DNA of 64,000 nucleotides from Flaccisagitta enflata (GCA_965153355.1 OZ231126.1:5766001-5830000), one strand, 5' to 3'; positions 12,590 through 25,851 are shown, counted from the first letter of the stretch. Numbers and translations are program-made. The notes: generated by a model from the letters alone, not told the origin.

Positions 12590-13035
12590 TAATAGTCGCA
12601 AAAGCGTTAGACGGTCAGCGGTACCCGTGCCCTGCCTAAGTAGTAGCTGGCGCTTGAAGTTGAAGGGGAAGCAGGGCAGCGGCCTCAAAGGGGTCAACGA
12701 CCTATGCTTTCACACATGGGGAATATTCTCCTTCTCCTTCCCCCCCCCCCCCCCCAGCTTTGAGGCCCAAATTCTAGTCCTGACCCAAATCCCAGTCTTG
12801 TGACCCAAATCCTATCCGAAAGGCCCAAATCCTACCCTCAAGGCCCAAATCCTAGCCTGGAGGCCCAAGTCCCACAAGAGGGCCACAAGAGTTGAATTTG
12901 GGTCTCGGGACTAGAATTTGGGCCTCAAAGCTGGGGGGGAGTTTGGACGGTTGAAGGAAGAGGAGGAGAAGAAGGAGAAAATTCCCCACAAGTGTGAAAG
13001 CATAGATCATCAACCCTTTCGGCCCGTTGCCCAAA
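12590..13035 (-). mobile_element. Helentron/DINE-like element, GGGCAGCGGCCCC family, in a GPCAT intron
   Basis: Same termini, subterminal inverted repeat and 21-bp internal repeats as the cluster at 18588-21437. Confidence 0.7.
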
Positions 13036-13247
13036 AATGATACATTTTGTAGGCAATCTGGATATCTCAGCTGCTGGCGTGTAAACCCAACATATTTTTG
13101 TTTCTTTTCGAACAAAAAACCCCACCTACCAGGAGAGTGTCCTGAATCTATGGCCTTCCTACAAGGAAGTCTTGTTCATTTGAAAAACCATACGGTCACC
13201 TCTTTCTGTCCTCACCTTTTTCTGTCCTCACCTCTTTCAGTCCTCAC

Positions 13248-13350
13248 CTGCGGAGTTTCTTTCAAGTGATCGCGAATCCGTTTGTCAGGATCGCCGGTGA
13301 CAACTTTGCGCCACTTCCGCTTCGATTTGTCCGTCGCCCGTGACAATAAC
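13248..13350 (-). CDS. GPC1: GPCAT exon 4, LLSRATDKSKRKWRKVVTGDPDKRIRDHLKETPQ
   Basis: gttag| acceptor, CAG|GTGAGG donor, phase 2-0. Confidence 0.75.
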
Positions 13351-13730
13351 CTAACATCAATATCATGACAAAAACTAAACAATGTATCGTGACAACTAAA
13401 TCCTTCATTTAACATTGTCAGTGGTATTTTCCTAACATAAATATCATCATACAATTCATGACAAATGAAATGAAACGTTAATAATAAAAGCGCTCCGTCA
13501 CAACGTTGTCTGTCACCCGTGAGAACAAATCTAACAACAACAACAACATTGTCACTTTAAACAACAACTTACCATAACAAACGATATAGAGCTCTGTTTA
13601 CAGCAACATTGTCTGTATTTATCTACCATCACAAACGACAAAGTGCTCCCTTCAACAACAATGGCAAATATTAAAAGCAACAATGCATTCTAAAAACATT
13701 CATGTCGAATGGATCCTATTGTTGACGCAC

Positions 13731-13811
13731 CTGGAGCTCCTGTCTTTAAGACTGTCAAGATGCAAACTTTTGATTGTTTTTTCCAGAATGAGTCGCCCAT
13801 CCTGAGAAATC
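13731..13811 (-). CDS. GPC1: GPCAT exon 3, ISQDGRLILEKTIKSLHLDSLKDRSSR
   Basis: Pyrimidine tract + aag| acceptor, CAG|GTGCGT donor, 81 nt, phase 2-2, joins both neighbours in frame. Confidence 0.65.
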
Positions 13812-14483
13812 CTTGAGGGAGGGAACAATAAATCACATGAACTGTATCAACTTACATGTCAAGCTTAAAGGTCATAGGTGGATACTTGGCCTGGTACGAG
13901 ATTCTTTATGCAAGATAAATAATGAGCGTATTCGCGCGTTTTCTAACTACGCAGTTGCCGGGAAAAACTCAATTTATTTCAGAAATTTCCAGAAATCCAG
14001 TTGGAATTTTAGCGTTATCACGCATTTGAGTATCATCACAAAATGATCAGACCCTTGTTTGCCTAATGAGTGCCACCTTCATCGTATCTTCATCGCACCA
14101 GATATGAATTGTGTGCGGTAACGTATATAAAAAAACTATATATGCGATTGCAACATCACCCTGTTCTCGATTATACTTTGAGAAAATTCGAAAACTTACA
14201 CGCAATGAAACCTATAATCATTGTTGAAATAAAAGCAAAAGCATGGGAGTAGCCGAAATCATCATATTGGAGTCATGATCGTTGAGTCAACTGTTAAAAG
14301 AATTCTAGATGGTGGCTTGATGCTGTCTTTGCATCCTCAACCGAACCTCGTTTTCCGTGTGTGATCAATATTGCCGAACTAATGCCGGCTTGGAACAGCA
14401 CTTTCAATCATTCAATTCATGCCACAAATCAGATTTCAACTATGACAACCGATCTGAGGCTTGACAACTGAAACGTCATCTTA

Positions 14484-15236
14484 CCCTGCTTTCAAAAGCA
14501 AGTGTTACCAGCAAAATCTTTATTGCATCTCAAGTATTTATTTTTGGAAATTCAGATTGGATTTGCCAAAAAGCATATAACCTACCATTTGTTCATGCAA
14601 AATTTCAAAGGACTAGCTCAAGCCGTATGTCTTCCACATGATTTTGAATGAAAGTGAGATATTCTCCATAAGAGCATTTTTTAAGAATAGATTAACTGAC
14701 ACTGTGACTTAAAATCATCGTCATTTCTTAACGAATCAAGCAAAAATGGCCAGATTTGTCTTGAAAAAAGGATATTAGTCTCAGTTTACGTATTTCTGTG
14801 GAAAAATACCAAATCATTGAAATTTAAGAGGATAATCTAGGTTTTCTTTTGATTTTTTGAAGTTTGAGCAGGTTTCAAATGCATTTAAGGACCAAAATTT
14901 CTTATAAAATGGTGAAAAACTAAGGTGATACAAATTAAGTGTCAATTATTGACTATACATGACTTATTTGGTCATTCAAGCTCATAATGTGAAATGTTAA
15001 TGAAGGTTCCTAGGTGCAAAATCTCTCAAAAATGTGTTTTTTATGCAAATTTTGCTTAAATTTCACCAAATTTCAAAAACATGTGGACGATAAACCGCTA
15101 GACCCATCATGATGAAATTTTGCATGAAAAAATGGTAGGTTATGTGCTTTTAGACAAAACCAACCAGATTTTCTAAAAATGAATACTGTATGCACAATGA
15201 AGTTTTTACTGGTAACACTTGCTTTTGAAAGCAGGG
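14484..15236. mobile_element. MITE with long TIRs and TA TSD in GPCAT intron 2
   Basis: TA|CCCTGCTTTCAAAAGCAAGTGTTACCAG ... CTGGTAACACTTGCTTTTGAAAGCAGGG|TA. Confidence 0.88.
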
Positions 15237-15262
15237 TAGCAGAAGCCTTCCCGATTACTAAC

Positions 15263-15376
15263 CGATACTGGAGAATCCTGTTGTTGTCGACGACGGCGTG
15301 GAAAACCCGACCTTGAAGCTGCTTCAATTTTTCCCCGGCCAAATCGATGATGCCTCCCTTTCCACGAAGCGTCAAC
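15263..15376 (-). CDS. GPC1: GPCAT exon 2, LTLRGKGGIIDLAGEKLKQLQGRVFHAVVDNNRILQYR
   Basis: ttgcag| acceptor, CG|GTTAGT donor, 114 nt, phase 2-2, open frame. Confidence 0.62.
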
Positions 15377-15803
15377 CTGCAACGCATTCAATGAATGAAT
15401 AAACACATTCGATGAATAAATGAACACATTCCGTTATCGAGAATGATATCACGAAAGATTGCAAAATAAAATTCTTTTATCCTTTTCCATCCTCTCTGTC
15501 TCCCTCGCTTGACTTTCCTTCAGTACAGGCGTCTGTCCGACCATTTGTCTTTCTGCCACTCAATTTCTTACTCTCAGTCAGTTTTTGTCGGATAGTTTCT
15601 ATATGTCTGTCCTGCTGTCCGTCTGTCTTTCTGTCGGTCTTCCTATCTGTCTTTCGCTATCCTTTACTATCTGCTATCTGCCATCTGCTCTATCAGCCTT
15701 TCTCTCTTTCTCCCTTTCTGAGTGCCTTCTCCCTCTCTCTGTCTTTCTCTGTTATCCTGTCTGTCTTTCCGCTCTACCTCCCCCCTCCCCCCTGGCCACT
15801 CAC

Positions 15804-15877
15804 CCTGCTTCCCCGTGAACGGTAAGAACAGGATCATCGACGGAAGACCCAAATTCCGATGACGCTTCCGCTTCCAT
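15804..15877 (-). CDS. GPC1: GPCAT (GPC1 family) putative coding exon 1, MEAEASSEFGSSVDDPVLTVHGEAG
   Basis: First in-frame ATG after upstream TAG TAG stops. Ends GG|GTGAGT (phase 2), matching the next exon. An unseen upstream exon cannot be excluded. Confidence 0.6.
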
Positions 15878-16986
15878 CACGGCCCAAATGGAGGATTCGC
15901 CAAAAACGTCAGTTCCTTCACTCGACGCGACCCACGCGACGTCACACTCAACGCGACCGACGTCCGACGTAACACTATCGACGTCTAACGTAACGCAACC
16001 GACGTCACACTGAACGCGACCGACGTCCCACGTAACACTATCGACGTCCAACGTAACAGGACCGACGCGACGTCCCACGCAGCGAGACGAACGTCCCTAC
16101 TAAGTCGACAGACGTCCCGCGTAACGCGATCACGTCATAACAAATGCAGAGTTAGTTTCTGAAGATCGTTACTGATAACCGTCCTGACAACACCGATCGT
16201 TTCATTCGTTGACGTGTAATTCAGCTGGCTTTCACTGTGGTCCCCTAGGTGACCCAAAAATGTCTCAGAGTTGTCCAAGAGCTGTTCCAGCAACTCAACG
16301 GAGTTTCTAGCCCGAAAGGCAACTAAAAACAAGCTGATGCTATCGTTACGCGGGGAGATAAATCCCAAATAGGCCAGGAGGATTAAAAAGAAAGAGAAAA
16401 TTTATCAAATTATCAACAAAAAAAAAAAAAGAATCATCAAATTATCAAAAAATAACAAAGCCCCAGGCAAACAAATTTTTCCCAGTGAGTCATGATAAGA
16501 CTGACAAAATAGCAAAATTGATGCATCATAAAAACTAGAGGCCAACCGCCAGAGGAACCAAAAATTCCTTTCAGATAACTTTTTTTATCAGACAAAAGCT
16601 CAATATAGGGTCATCAATCTCAACTGAAAAAAAGTATCAAGCCTCAATGCTTCATTTTCATAATCTGAATTTATCTTTCTCTTAAATTACTATGTTTGAT
16701 ATTCTTTGTGTAAAAATTTCATTGGTCTGGGTTAAATAGTTTGTCTACAGCCTCAGTTTAAAGTTATTTTTGTAATATAGCAGAAGTAGAATTAAAACAA
16801 GGATCTTTTTCTACAGTACTCTCATTTCTAAACCGTTAGAGCTACAAATACCAGATTGGTCTCAAATAAAATATAGTTTGATGAGGTTTTTCATATTTTT
16901 GTTGATTGGTGTCCTTGAAATCAATTTTTTTGACTTAATTCCTTTGATTTATGGATTTTTCAGTAAAAAGTGTAGCAAATAAATTC

Positions 16987-17248
16987 GGAAAAAATTTCTA
17001 AGACGATACAGATCTTTTGTTTATTTCGGGTTTCCCCGCTTGGGCGAAGCTTTAATTCAAGTAGATTCAGGCTGAAATGTATAAGACCCAGCCCTCACCT
17101 AGCCCTAACGCTAGCCCTAACCCTAACCCTAACCCTAAAACCACCCCCGACCCCAACCTTAACCCTAACCCTATCCCTAACCCTAAATAAAAAAACCGCT
17201 TAGAAAGTCAGTAAAACAAAAGACATCACCGAATTCGAAAACAGCACC
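16987..17248. mobile_element. Small element with internal (CCCTAA)n, GG...CC ends, 8-bp TSD ATAAATTC
   Basis: Second copy at 60951-61205. The TSD is visible on both sides. Confidence 0.85.
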
Positions 17249-18587
17249 ATAAATTCATTTCTATTTTCCTCTTTTTGATAGCTAACACTGTATAAAATTG
17301 TCTTTCATTCGAGATCAATCTGGCATTTGTAGCTTAAGCCATTTAGAAATAAAACTAATACAGCTGGCGGACCTTAAATCTGTTGGAATTAGCGGGGCCC
17401 CTCTTGATTTTGTTGATTTCAACAGTTTCAACAGGATATCTACTATAGTTTATATAGTAAGAGATATATATTACAATTTTACTCAAAATACGTCATCTTC
17501 GATTTTTTTCATTTTTTGCCCATTAAGGGCCCTAAGTGAGCCGACTTTGGTGGAACATTAATCTCAGATACTCCCCGCCCCTAAGGGGCCCAAAATTGGG
17601 GCAAAAAAGATTTTACGTTAATTCCGTTGATTTTAGCGGGAGCAGGGTCACTTTTTATATGACCATGCTAAAATCGCTGATTTTAACGGGTTTAACGCAG
17701 AAATCCCCTTTTTTGGCCCTACACATGATAATTAGACCTCATGAGACCCTCTATGGTAACAACAAAGAGCAAGTGAGCACACATGAGCAGGCATGAGCAA
17801 GCATGAGCAACAATGCTAAATCCGCTGAATTCAACGGGTTTAACTTCAAAATCCCCTATTTTGCTCCTCCTCTTGCTCATTTGAATTTTGACAACATGAG
17901 ACCCTCTCTGGTGACTATAAAGAGCAAGTGAGCACACATGAGCAAGCAGGAGCAAGAATGCTAATCCCGCTGATTTTAACGGGTTCAACACAAAAGTCCC
18001 CTATTTGGCCCTCCATATGCTTATTAAACATCATGAGACCCTCAATGGTGACAAAAAAGAGCAAGTAAGCACACATGAGCAAGCATGAGGAAGAATGCTA
18101 AATCCGCTGATTTTAACAGGTTTAACATCAAAATCCCCTGATTGGTCCTCCACATGCTTTCCTGACATCATGATACCCTCTATGGTGACAATAAAGAGTA
18201 AGCGAGCACTCATGAGCAAGCATGAGCAAGCATGCTAAATCTGCTGATTTTAACAGGTTTAACATAAAAATCCCCTATTTTGGTCCTCCTTATGCTGCTT
18301 TGACATCGAGAGACCCTCTATGGTGACAAAAAAAATCTCTCTCTCACTTCAAAATCAACACCATGCTGGTTCAAGTCTTTTTTGATTTTTCTCAGCTCAC
18401 ATCTCAATTTTGAATGCGACAACAATACAACTAAATATGGAAGGGATATATGATGGAATTCAATAAAAATCCTGAAATTGCACTGTTTGTATCAGGTATT
18501 TCTTCTAATAGCTGACGAGTGCTGATACCATCCTAAGCATGTCTGCCCACTTCTCTTCTGTCCTTGTTTTGTCTTCTTCTTCTTTTT

Positions 18588-21437
18588 GGGCAGCGGCCCC
18601 AAAGGAGACGAAGTCCTGTAGAACACAGGGGACTTTCGTTGGTTCCTTCGCTTGTCCGTTTGTCCCCCCCAGGCCCTCTCAAGCCTGAAATCTGCCCTTT
18701 TGGGCAGCGGCCCCGAAGGGGACGAAGTCCTGTAGAACACAGGGGGACTTTCGTTCGTCTGTTCGTTCGTTTGTTCGTTCGTCCGTCTGTTTGTCCCCCC
18801 TATCAGGCTCCTCAGGCCTCAAATCTGGCCTCTGAGACCTCAAATCTGGCCTCTCAGACCCCAAATCTGGCCTCTCAGGCCTCAAATCCGGGCTCTCTGG
18901 CCTCAAATCCAGCTTCTCAGGCCTCAAATCAAGCCTCTCAGGCCTCTAATCAAGCCTCTCAGGCCTTAAAACCGGCCTCTCAGGCCTCAAACCTGGCCTC
19001 TCAGGCCTCAAATTAAGCTTCTTAGGCCTCAAATTCAAATCCTCAGGCCTCAAGCCTGGCCTCTCAGGCCTCAAACTAGGCCTCTCAGGCCTCAAATCAG
19101 CTATCTAAGCCTCAATTTATTGCTCTCAGGCTTCAAATCAGTCCTCTGACCTTTCAAGCCTTAATCCAGCTCTCTTAAGCCTCAAGTCAGCCCTCCCATC
19201 TTCCAATTGGCAGCAGCCTTCCTAGACCTCAGTTTAGGCTCTAGAGGGCCTTCAGTCAGCCCTCTATTGCATCTCATTCACTTCTGCAGGCAGGACGAAC
19301 GAAAGTCCCCCTGTGTTCTACAGGACTTCATCCCCTTTGGGGCCGCTGCCCTGCTTCCCCTCACTCCAATTCACAATCACTCAAAGCAGGGCAACGGGAA
19401 TCGCTGACCACATATTATCCTTAGGCGACCTGTTAGGCCTAAAATCTGCCTTCTCAGGCCTGAAATCTGCCCTCTCAGGCCTTGAATCTGCCCTCTCAGG
19501 CCTGAAATTTACCCTTTCAGATCTGAAACCTGTCCTCTCAGGCCTTGAATCTGCCTTCTCAGCCCTGAAATCTGCCCTTTCAGTTTCAAGGCCTAAGAGG
19601 GCAGATTTCAGGCCTGAGAGGGTCTGGGGGGTCGGACAGACGGACAGACAAACGAACGAAGGTCCCCTGTGTTCTACAGGACTTCGTCCCCTTCGGGGCC
19701 GCTGCCCTGCCTCTCATTTCAATTTACAATTATGCAAAGCAGGGCAATGGGTATCGCTGACCATGTATTGCCCTTGGGCGACCTGTTCTTTTTGGGCAGC
19801 TGCCCCAAAGGGCCGATGTCCTGTAGGACACAGGGGTGAATTTCCACACGTCCGTCCCTCCGTTTGTACTAGGGATGTGGAAGCGGTCGATTTTAGTGCC
19901 GCTTCCACCACTTCCGCTTCCGCTTCCATTTTCTAAAACAAGTACTAGTAGCTATCCCATCCTCCAAAACGGAAGCGGTCAATCGCTTCCACATCCCTAG
20001 TCCGTACATACGTCCCCCCCCCCGTAAGCTTCCCAAGCCTAAAATTCCCATTGAATAACATGGAAAATTTACAAAATGCAAACTTCCCATTGAATAACAT
20101 GGAAAATTTACAAAATGCAAACTTCCAATTGAATAACATGGAAAATTAACAAAAAAGCAAAAAATGCATGTTTCCCATTGAATAACATAGAAAATTGATA
20201 AAAACTGAAAAAAATGTTAAATTCCTATTGAATAATATGGCAAATTGACAAGAAATTGAAAAAATGCAAAGTTCTCATTGAATATTATGGATAATTGCTC
20301 AGGACGTATAGAAATTCACCCTTGTGTCCTACAGGATATCGGCCCTTTGGGGCCGCTGCCCTGCTCTCACTCCACTTCTTCAGCTAATCACTCCAAGCAG
20401 GGCATCGGGTACCGCTGACCATGTGCGATCCTTGGATGACTTGTTCTTTTTCTTTTTTTTTCTTTTACTCTTTTTTGGGCAGCGGCTCCGAAGGGGTCGA
20501 TGACCTATGCTTCCACACGGGAATTTTCTCCTTCTCCTCCTCCTTCTCTGTAACCCCCCCCCACCTCAAGGCCCATTTCTCAGCCTCAAAGCCCATATCC
20601 CAGCCTTGAGGCCCAAATCCCAGTCTTGAGGTCAAAATCACAACCTTATGGCCCAAATCCCATCTTACAGCCAAACTCCTATCTTTGAGGCCCAAGGGGG
20701 AACGGAGGAGGAAGAGGAGGAGGAGGAGGAGGAGGAGGAGGAGGAGGTGGTGTGAAAGCATAGGTCATCGACCCCTTCAGGGCTGCTGCCCTGCTCCTCC
20801 TCAACTTCAGCTACAACCTACTAAGGCAGGGCACAGGTACCGCTGACCATCAAACGCTTTTGCGACTATTTTTCTCTTTTTCCTTTTCTCTTTCTTTTTG
20901 GGCAGCTGCCCCAAAGGGCCAATGTCCTGTAGAACACAGGGGGGAATTTCCAGACGTCCGTTTTTCCGTCCATCCTTCCGTCTGTCCTTCCGTCCCCCCG
21001 TCACCATGAAGACCTCAAATTTGCCATCCCAGCCCTCAATTTAGCCTTCGAGGCCTCAAATCAGCCTTCCAGGCTTATAAACAGCCCCCTCAGCCTCCAA
21101 TATGCCCCCCAGACCTAAAGTCTGACCTTCAGACCTTCAATTAGCCTCTTTAGCATCAAACCAGCCCTCCATGGCTCAAATTTACCCTCAAAACCTCAAA
21201 TCTGCTCTCCAAGCCTTAATTGTGCCCTCAAGCCTTCAAATATGCCTAAAGTGGCCTAAATTAGTCATCTGAGGCCTGAAATATGCCCCCTCAGGACGCC
21301 TGGAAATTCCCCCCTATGTTCTACAAGACATCGGCCCTTTGGGGCCGCTGCCCTGCTCTCACTCCACTTCATCACTGGATCACTCCCAGCAGGGCATCGG
21401 GTACTGCTGACCATGTGCGATCCTTGGATGACTAGTT
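18588..21437 (+). mobile_element. Cluster of five same-orientation Helentron/DINE-like elements
   Basis: Starts (T)nGGGCAGC at 18588, 18702 (nested), 19794, 20477, 20900. Each has a subterminal GGGGCCGCTGCCC-type repeat, a GCCCTGC...GCAGGGC hairpin and a short tail running into T-rich sequence. Confidence 0.75.
19870..19999. mobile_element. 130-bp hAT-like mini-MITE
   Basis: TIR TAGGGATGTGGAAGCG / CGCTTCCACATCCCTA. TSD GTTTGTAC / GTCCGTAC (6 of 8 match). Confidence 0.8.
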
Positions 21438-23415
21438 CCTCTTCTTCTTCTTCCTCTTCTTCTTCCTCTTCTTCTTCGTCCTCTGCCGAGACCTGCCAAG
21501 ATCCCCAGAGGTCTGATTGTCTCCATAGAGGGTATCATGATGTCAGGAAAGCATGTGGAGGACCAAAATAAGGGATTTTGATGTTAAACCTGTTAGAATC
21601 AGCGGATTTAGCATTCTTCCTCATGCTTGCTCATGTGTGCTTACTTGCTCTTTTTTGTCACCATAGAGGGTCTCATGATGTTTAATAAGCATGTGGAGGG
21701 CCAAAATAGGGGACTTTTGTGTTAAACCCGTTAAAATCAGCGGGATTAGCATTCTTGCTCATGCTTGCTCATGCTTGCTCATGTGTGCTCACTTGCTCTT
21801 TATTGTCACCAGAGAGGGTCTCATGTTGTCAAATGAGCATGAGGAGGACCAAAATAGGGGATTTTGAAGTTAAACCCGTTAAAATCAGCGGATTTAGCAT
21901 TCTTGCTCATGCTTGCTCATTCCTGCTCATGTGTGCTCACTTGCTCTTTTTTGTTACCATAGAGGGTCTCATGATGTCTAATTAGCATGTGGAGGGCCAA
22001 AAAAGGGGATTTTGGCGTTAAACCCGTTAAAATCAGCTGTTTTAACATGTTCATATAAAAAAGTGACCCTGCCCCCGCTAAAATCAACGGAATTAACGTA
22101 AAATTTTTTTTGCCCCAATTTTGAGCTCCTTAGGGGCGGGGAGTATCTGAGATTAATGTTCCACCAAAGTCGGCTCACTTAGGGCCCTTAATGGGCAGAA
22201 AATGAAAAAAATCGAAGATGACGTATTTTAAATAAAATTGTAATACATATTTCTTACTATATAAATTGTAGTGAATATCCTGTTGAAACTGTTGAAATCA
22301 ACAAAATCAGGAGGGGACCTGCTAATTCCAACGGATTTAAGGTCCGCCAGCTGTAATATAAACAGGAACTGCTTTGTCAAACAACTATCTTTCTATAGTT
22401 TACTTGTGAAACTGTGCATACTTTGAATTGATACAAAATGAAAACTATTTGACCAAAGTCTACAAAATTTTGATACAAAAATGTCAGTCAATGCTCTTCA
22501 AGGAAAAATTGATATTTAATCACTCATTTCACGTATCTCTGAGAAAAAGCTTAAAAGAATTTTTCAAACGAGATTGATGGCTGTGTATTTTTCTGTAGAA
22601 GGAAGAGAAAGCTTGCAAATTGTAATCAATTTTGAGCAAGGAACGACAGCGACGTTGCAAACTGACGTAGCAAACAAGCTTTATTGAAGAGCTATCTCTC
22701 TAATGTAAGAATTTAGCAGCATAACAAGGCCAAGTAACGGCCAATATTTGCTCTTCGCTGATCAAGCATTTGTGAATGAACGTGTTGAATAAACGAATGA
22801 ATGAATGAATGAATAATAGACTGAATGAATGTTCAGCAGAATAACAAGGCCAAGAGATGTCCAATAGATGCGTCCTCTTTAGATGTAAGATATTATGATA
22901 CAAATAATTAAGATATAAAGATATTAGGATATAATGATAGAGACATAAGAGACATAAGAGACATAGGAGCCATGAGAAACAAAAGAGACAAAAGAGACAA
23001 AGAGACGAAAGAGACATAAGAGAAATGAAGAGAAAACCCTAAAAATTGCGCCTGGAAATTTTCGCGTTACAGACCTTCCTACGTACAGAGCCTCTTATAG
23101 AGATGCGAGGACGCATCTAAAAATGAATCAAGTAAGGCATTATAGGTCATAGAAATGAAGATAGACGTCAGAATCGGCCCGTTTAGCGCATATCAAACGT
23201 TTGCGTGACCAACCGTCCGACCGACGGATGGATATGACCTATTAAAGATTTGCGAGGACGCGCTTAAATGAGGAGCTCAATTACTCTTAGCATGCGCCAT
23301 CTTGACGTGTAAGATTATAAGTCCCGCTTTACAATAAATGGTCTCTGTCTTTGTCTGTCTCTGTCTGTCTGTCTGTCTCTGTCTATGTCTGTCTGTCTCT
23401 GTGTATGCCTGTCTG

Positions 23416-23560
<145 letters not shown>

Positions 23561-23873
23561 TCTTTTGTCAAGAACTGCTTTAATCTTGGGCTATGACTTA
23601 GCAAAAAGATTCCAGGTTTTTGCTTTAGAATTCTATCACCTGCACCTTTTAAGTCGCGTCTTTAGAATAAACTCGGCTTTGTCCGTCGGTATGTAAGGGC
23701 CCTAGGGGGTGTGGAATAGTAGGGGTTGTGGTGGGTGTACTGAATAAGAATCAAGTTTTGTTACGATTTAGATATGGAATGACGATAAAAACCGGTTTCT
23801 TGGTATAGCCGGATTTTTGTAGTTTGATTTACTGCTCATCATTCAACGATCAATCACCAAATAAAGTGAACTA

Positions 23874-24982
23874 CAGTGGGACCTCGGTTTAAGGGAATTC
23901 TAGGGACTGACTATTTTTGTCTCTTAAATCCGAAATCCCTTAAATTGAATTCATCATTTTATTAAGGATTTTTATATTAGTTACTAAGGATTACCAAATT
24001 TAAAGTGTAACCACATCCTTTTGCTTTAAGTATGCAATGAATAATTTAGTTCATGGCGGGATATTCATGGCACAAGAAATATTACATCATTTTGCAATAA
24101 TTTTCTTTTTCAAATTATCTCAAAATCCAAATTTTTTTCAAAATCCATCAAATTTACTTAAAATCTCCCTGATATAAGGAATATTTTCAAAAACTTGTCT
24201 TTTTAATCCGAATATCCCTTAAATAAAGGTTCCTTAAATAGAGGTTTTTTAACATTTCAAAAACCTGAAAAAATCCGGGACCAGAGAGTGTTGTCTCTTA
24301 AATTAGTATGGGGTAACGAAAATTTTGTATCATGTCAATTCTCATTTTCATACGGAAATCCCTTCATAAGCTATTCATAATATTATTTGTAAAAAAAAAC
24401 TTAAGCCATTATCCATTTTCATACAAACTAGCCTAATATACTTAAACAATGACAGTGTATAAAAGATCGTTCTCTGCGCGGTCATCTTTTCTGCAGTTCA
24501 AAACAGAATCTGCGATTTTCTTTATTTTTATGCTTTACCTTCCCTTAAAGAAATGATGATTATGACAAGTTACCATCGGAGAAAATCTTTAACAAAAACA
24601 GTTTCAGATAGCATTTTTACTCCTCAATAACATATCTCGGAAACTCGAGGGGACCTCAAGTATAAATACCCATTTAATCAAGTCAAAGTTGTTCTAATAT
24701 CTAAATATTCATAGGTGAGGAACAGGTCGTTTTTCTCGGCTTTTTTTTCTCGCTGTAAGCCCACCTGCCTTTAAGGAATGTTTGTTTAGGTGTCTTTATA
24801 TGTAAGTTCACTTATATTACTAAAAATGTCATTATGATTTTTGTATCTAACTCGTGTTCCGCAAGCAGAAAATGTCAATATCTAACTTCAGGATTTGAGC
24901 GCTGTGACGGAGCTCAGGTTCGCTTGCTACTTAAATGCAGATATCCCGTAAATAGAGGTGCCACTAAGGTGGGATTCCACTG
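23874..24982. mobile_element. Tc1/pogo-like MITE with a probable nested insertion (~24305-24930)
   Basis: TA|CAGTGGGACCTC ... GGGATTCCACTG|TA. Confidence 0.65.
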
Positions 24983-25553
24983 TACCGTCTTTTCGTCAAC
25001 TGATTTATCGACAAAAATTGAGTCGTTTTTTATCTCCCCCCCCCCCCCGCCTTTGATATCCTTCCACTTGATGCGTCGCATCGCGTTTCAAAACCTATGA
25101 TTTTTTTTCTGCACAAAGCAATAAAACAGTGTAGTAAAGGTTTGAATAGTGTTTCATTGTGTTATACCAATCAGTTTTCACTATTTTGTTTTACCAAAAG
25201 TTAAATTTTCCCTAAGTTCTCTTTTTTTTCTTTTTTTTCCCCTTTTGATTTTCTTCCCCATTTCCAAACCCTTTGATTTTGCCCTAATGATAACATACAG
25301 TACTGCGCCTGCAAAAAGTTGAATACTGATTTCACCTTTTTTCCCCGACAATTGTGGATTAACCACCGATTTTATGCCTTTTAATCAAACCATAAACATT
25401 GCAGATTTCTTAGGATCATTTTAAATAGGCTTTAATGCTTTTAGACTGGTTAACAAAAAAATTTGAACAGAAAAAAAAACACTTTAATTCAAAGGAATAC
25501 AAAAAACTGAAGCATTTTCATTTTAAACTATGCTGATAGCCTATTATCATATC

Positions 25554-25788
25554 CAGAGATGCAGATTCATGGTAGCAAAGTAGCGATGCTACGCGGCAGG
25601 CAAGGCCCAGTGTGCGGCAGATGCGGCAGGAGGGGAAAGGAAAGGCAATGAAAGGGGTAAGGAAAAAAGGAAAGAAGAATAAAAGTATGACATGAAGGGA
25701 AAAATTAACTTGCGGAAACAAGAATAAGTAAGAGAGAGAGAGAGAACATGAAGGGAAAAATTAACTTGTGGAAACTAGAAAAAGTAAG

Positions 25789-25851
<63 letters not shown>

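Larger units (their letters stand above)
17361..22353. mobile_element. Tc1/mariner-like long-TIR element (TA TSD, ~830-bp TIRs with ~130-140-bp subrepeats) carrying nested insertions
   Basis: TA|CAGCTGGCGGACCTTAAATC ... GATTTAAGGTCCGCCAGCTG|TA. The arms are near-identical inverted copies. Confidence 0.9.

Noticed and set aside
14347..14467. AG/GT-bounded candidate extra GPCAT exon
   Set aside because: Stops in all three frames, and exons 2 and 3 already join in phase without it.
16135..16368. 77-aa minus-strand ORF upstream of GPCAT
   Set aside because: No ATG, no clear acceptor or donor, and no recognisable motif.
17095..17186. True telomere or chromosome-fusion scar
   Set aside because: The repeats are short, degenerate and embedded in a TSD-flanked element present twice.
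18564..19936. 150- and 207-aa ORFs with heptad repeats (ASQASN., LKSALSG)
   Set aside because: Translations of the 21-bp minisatellite inside non-autonomous elements.
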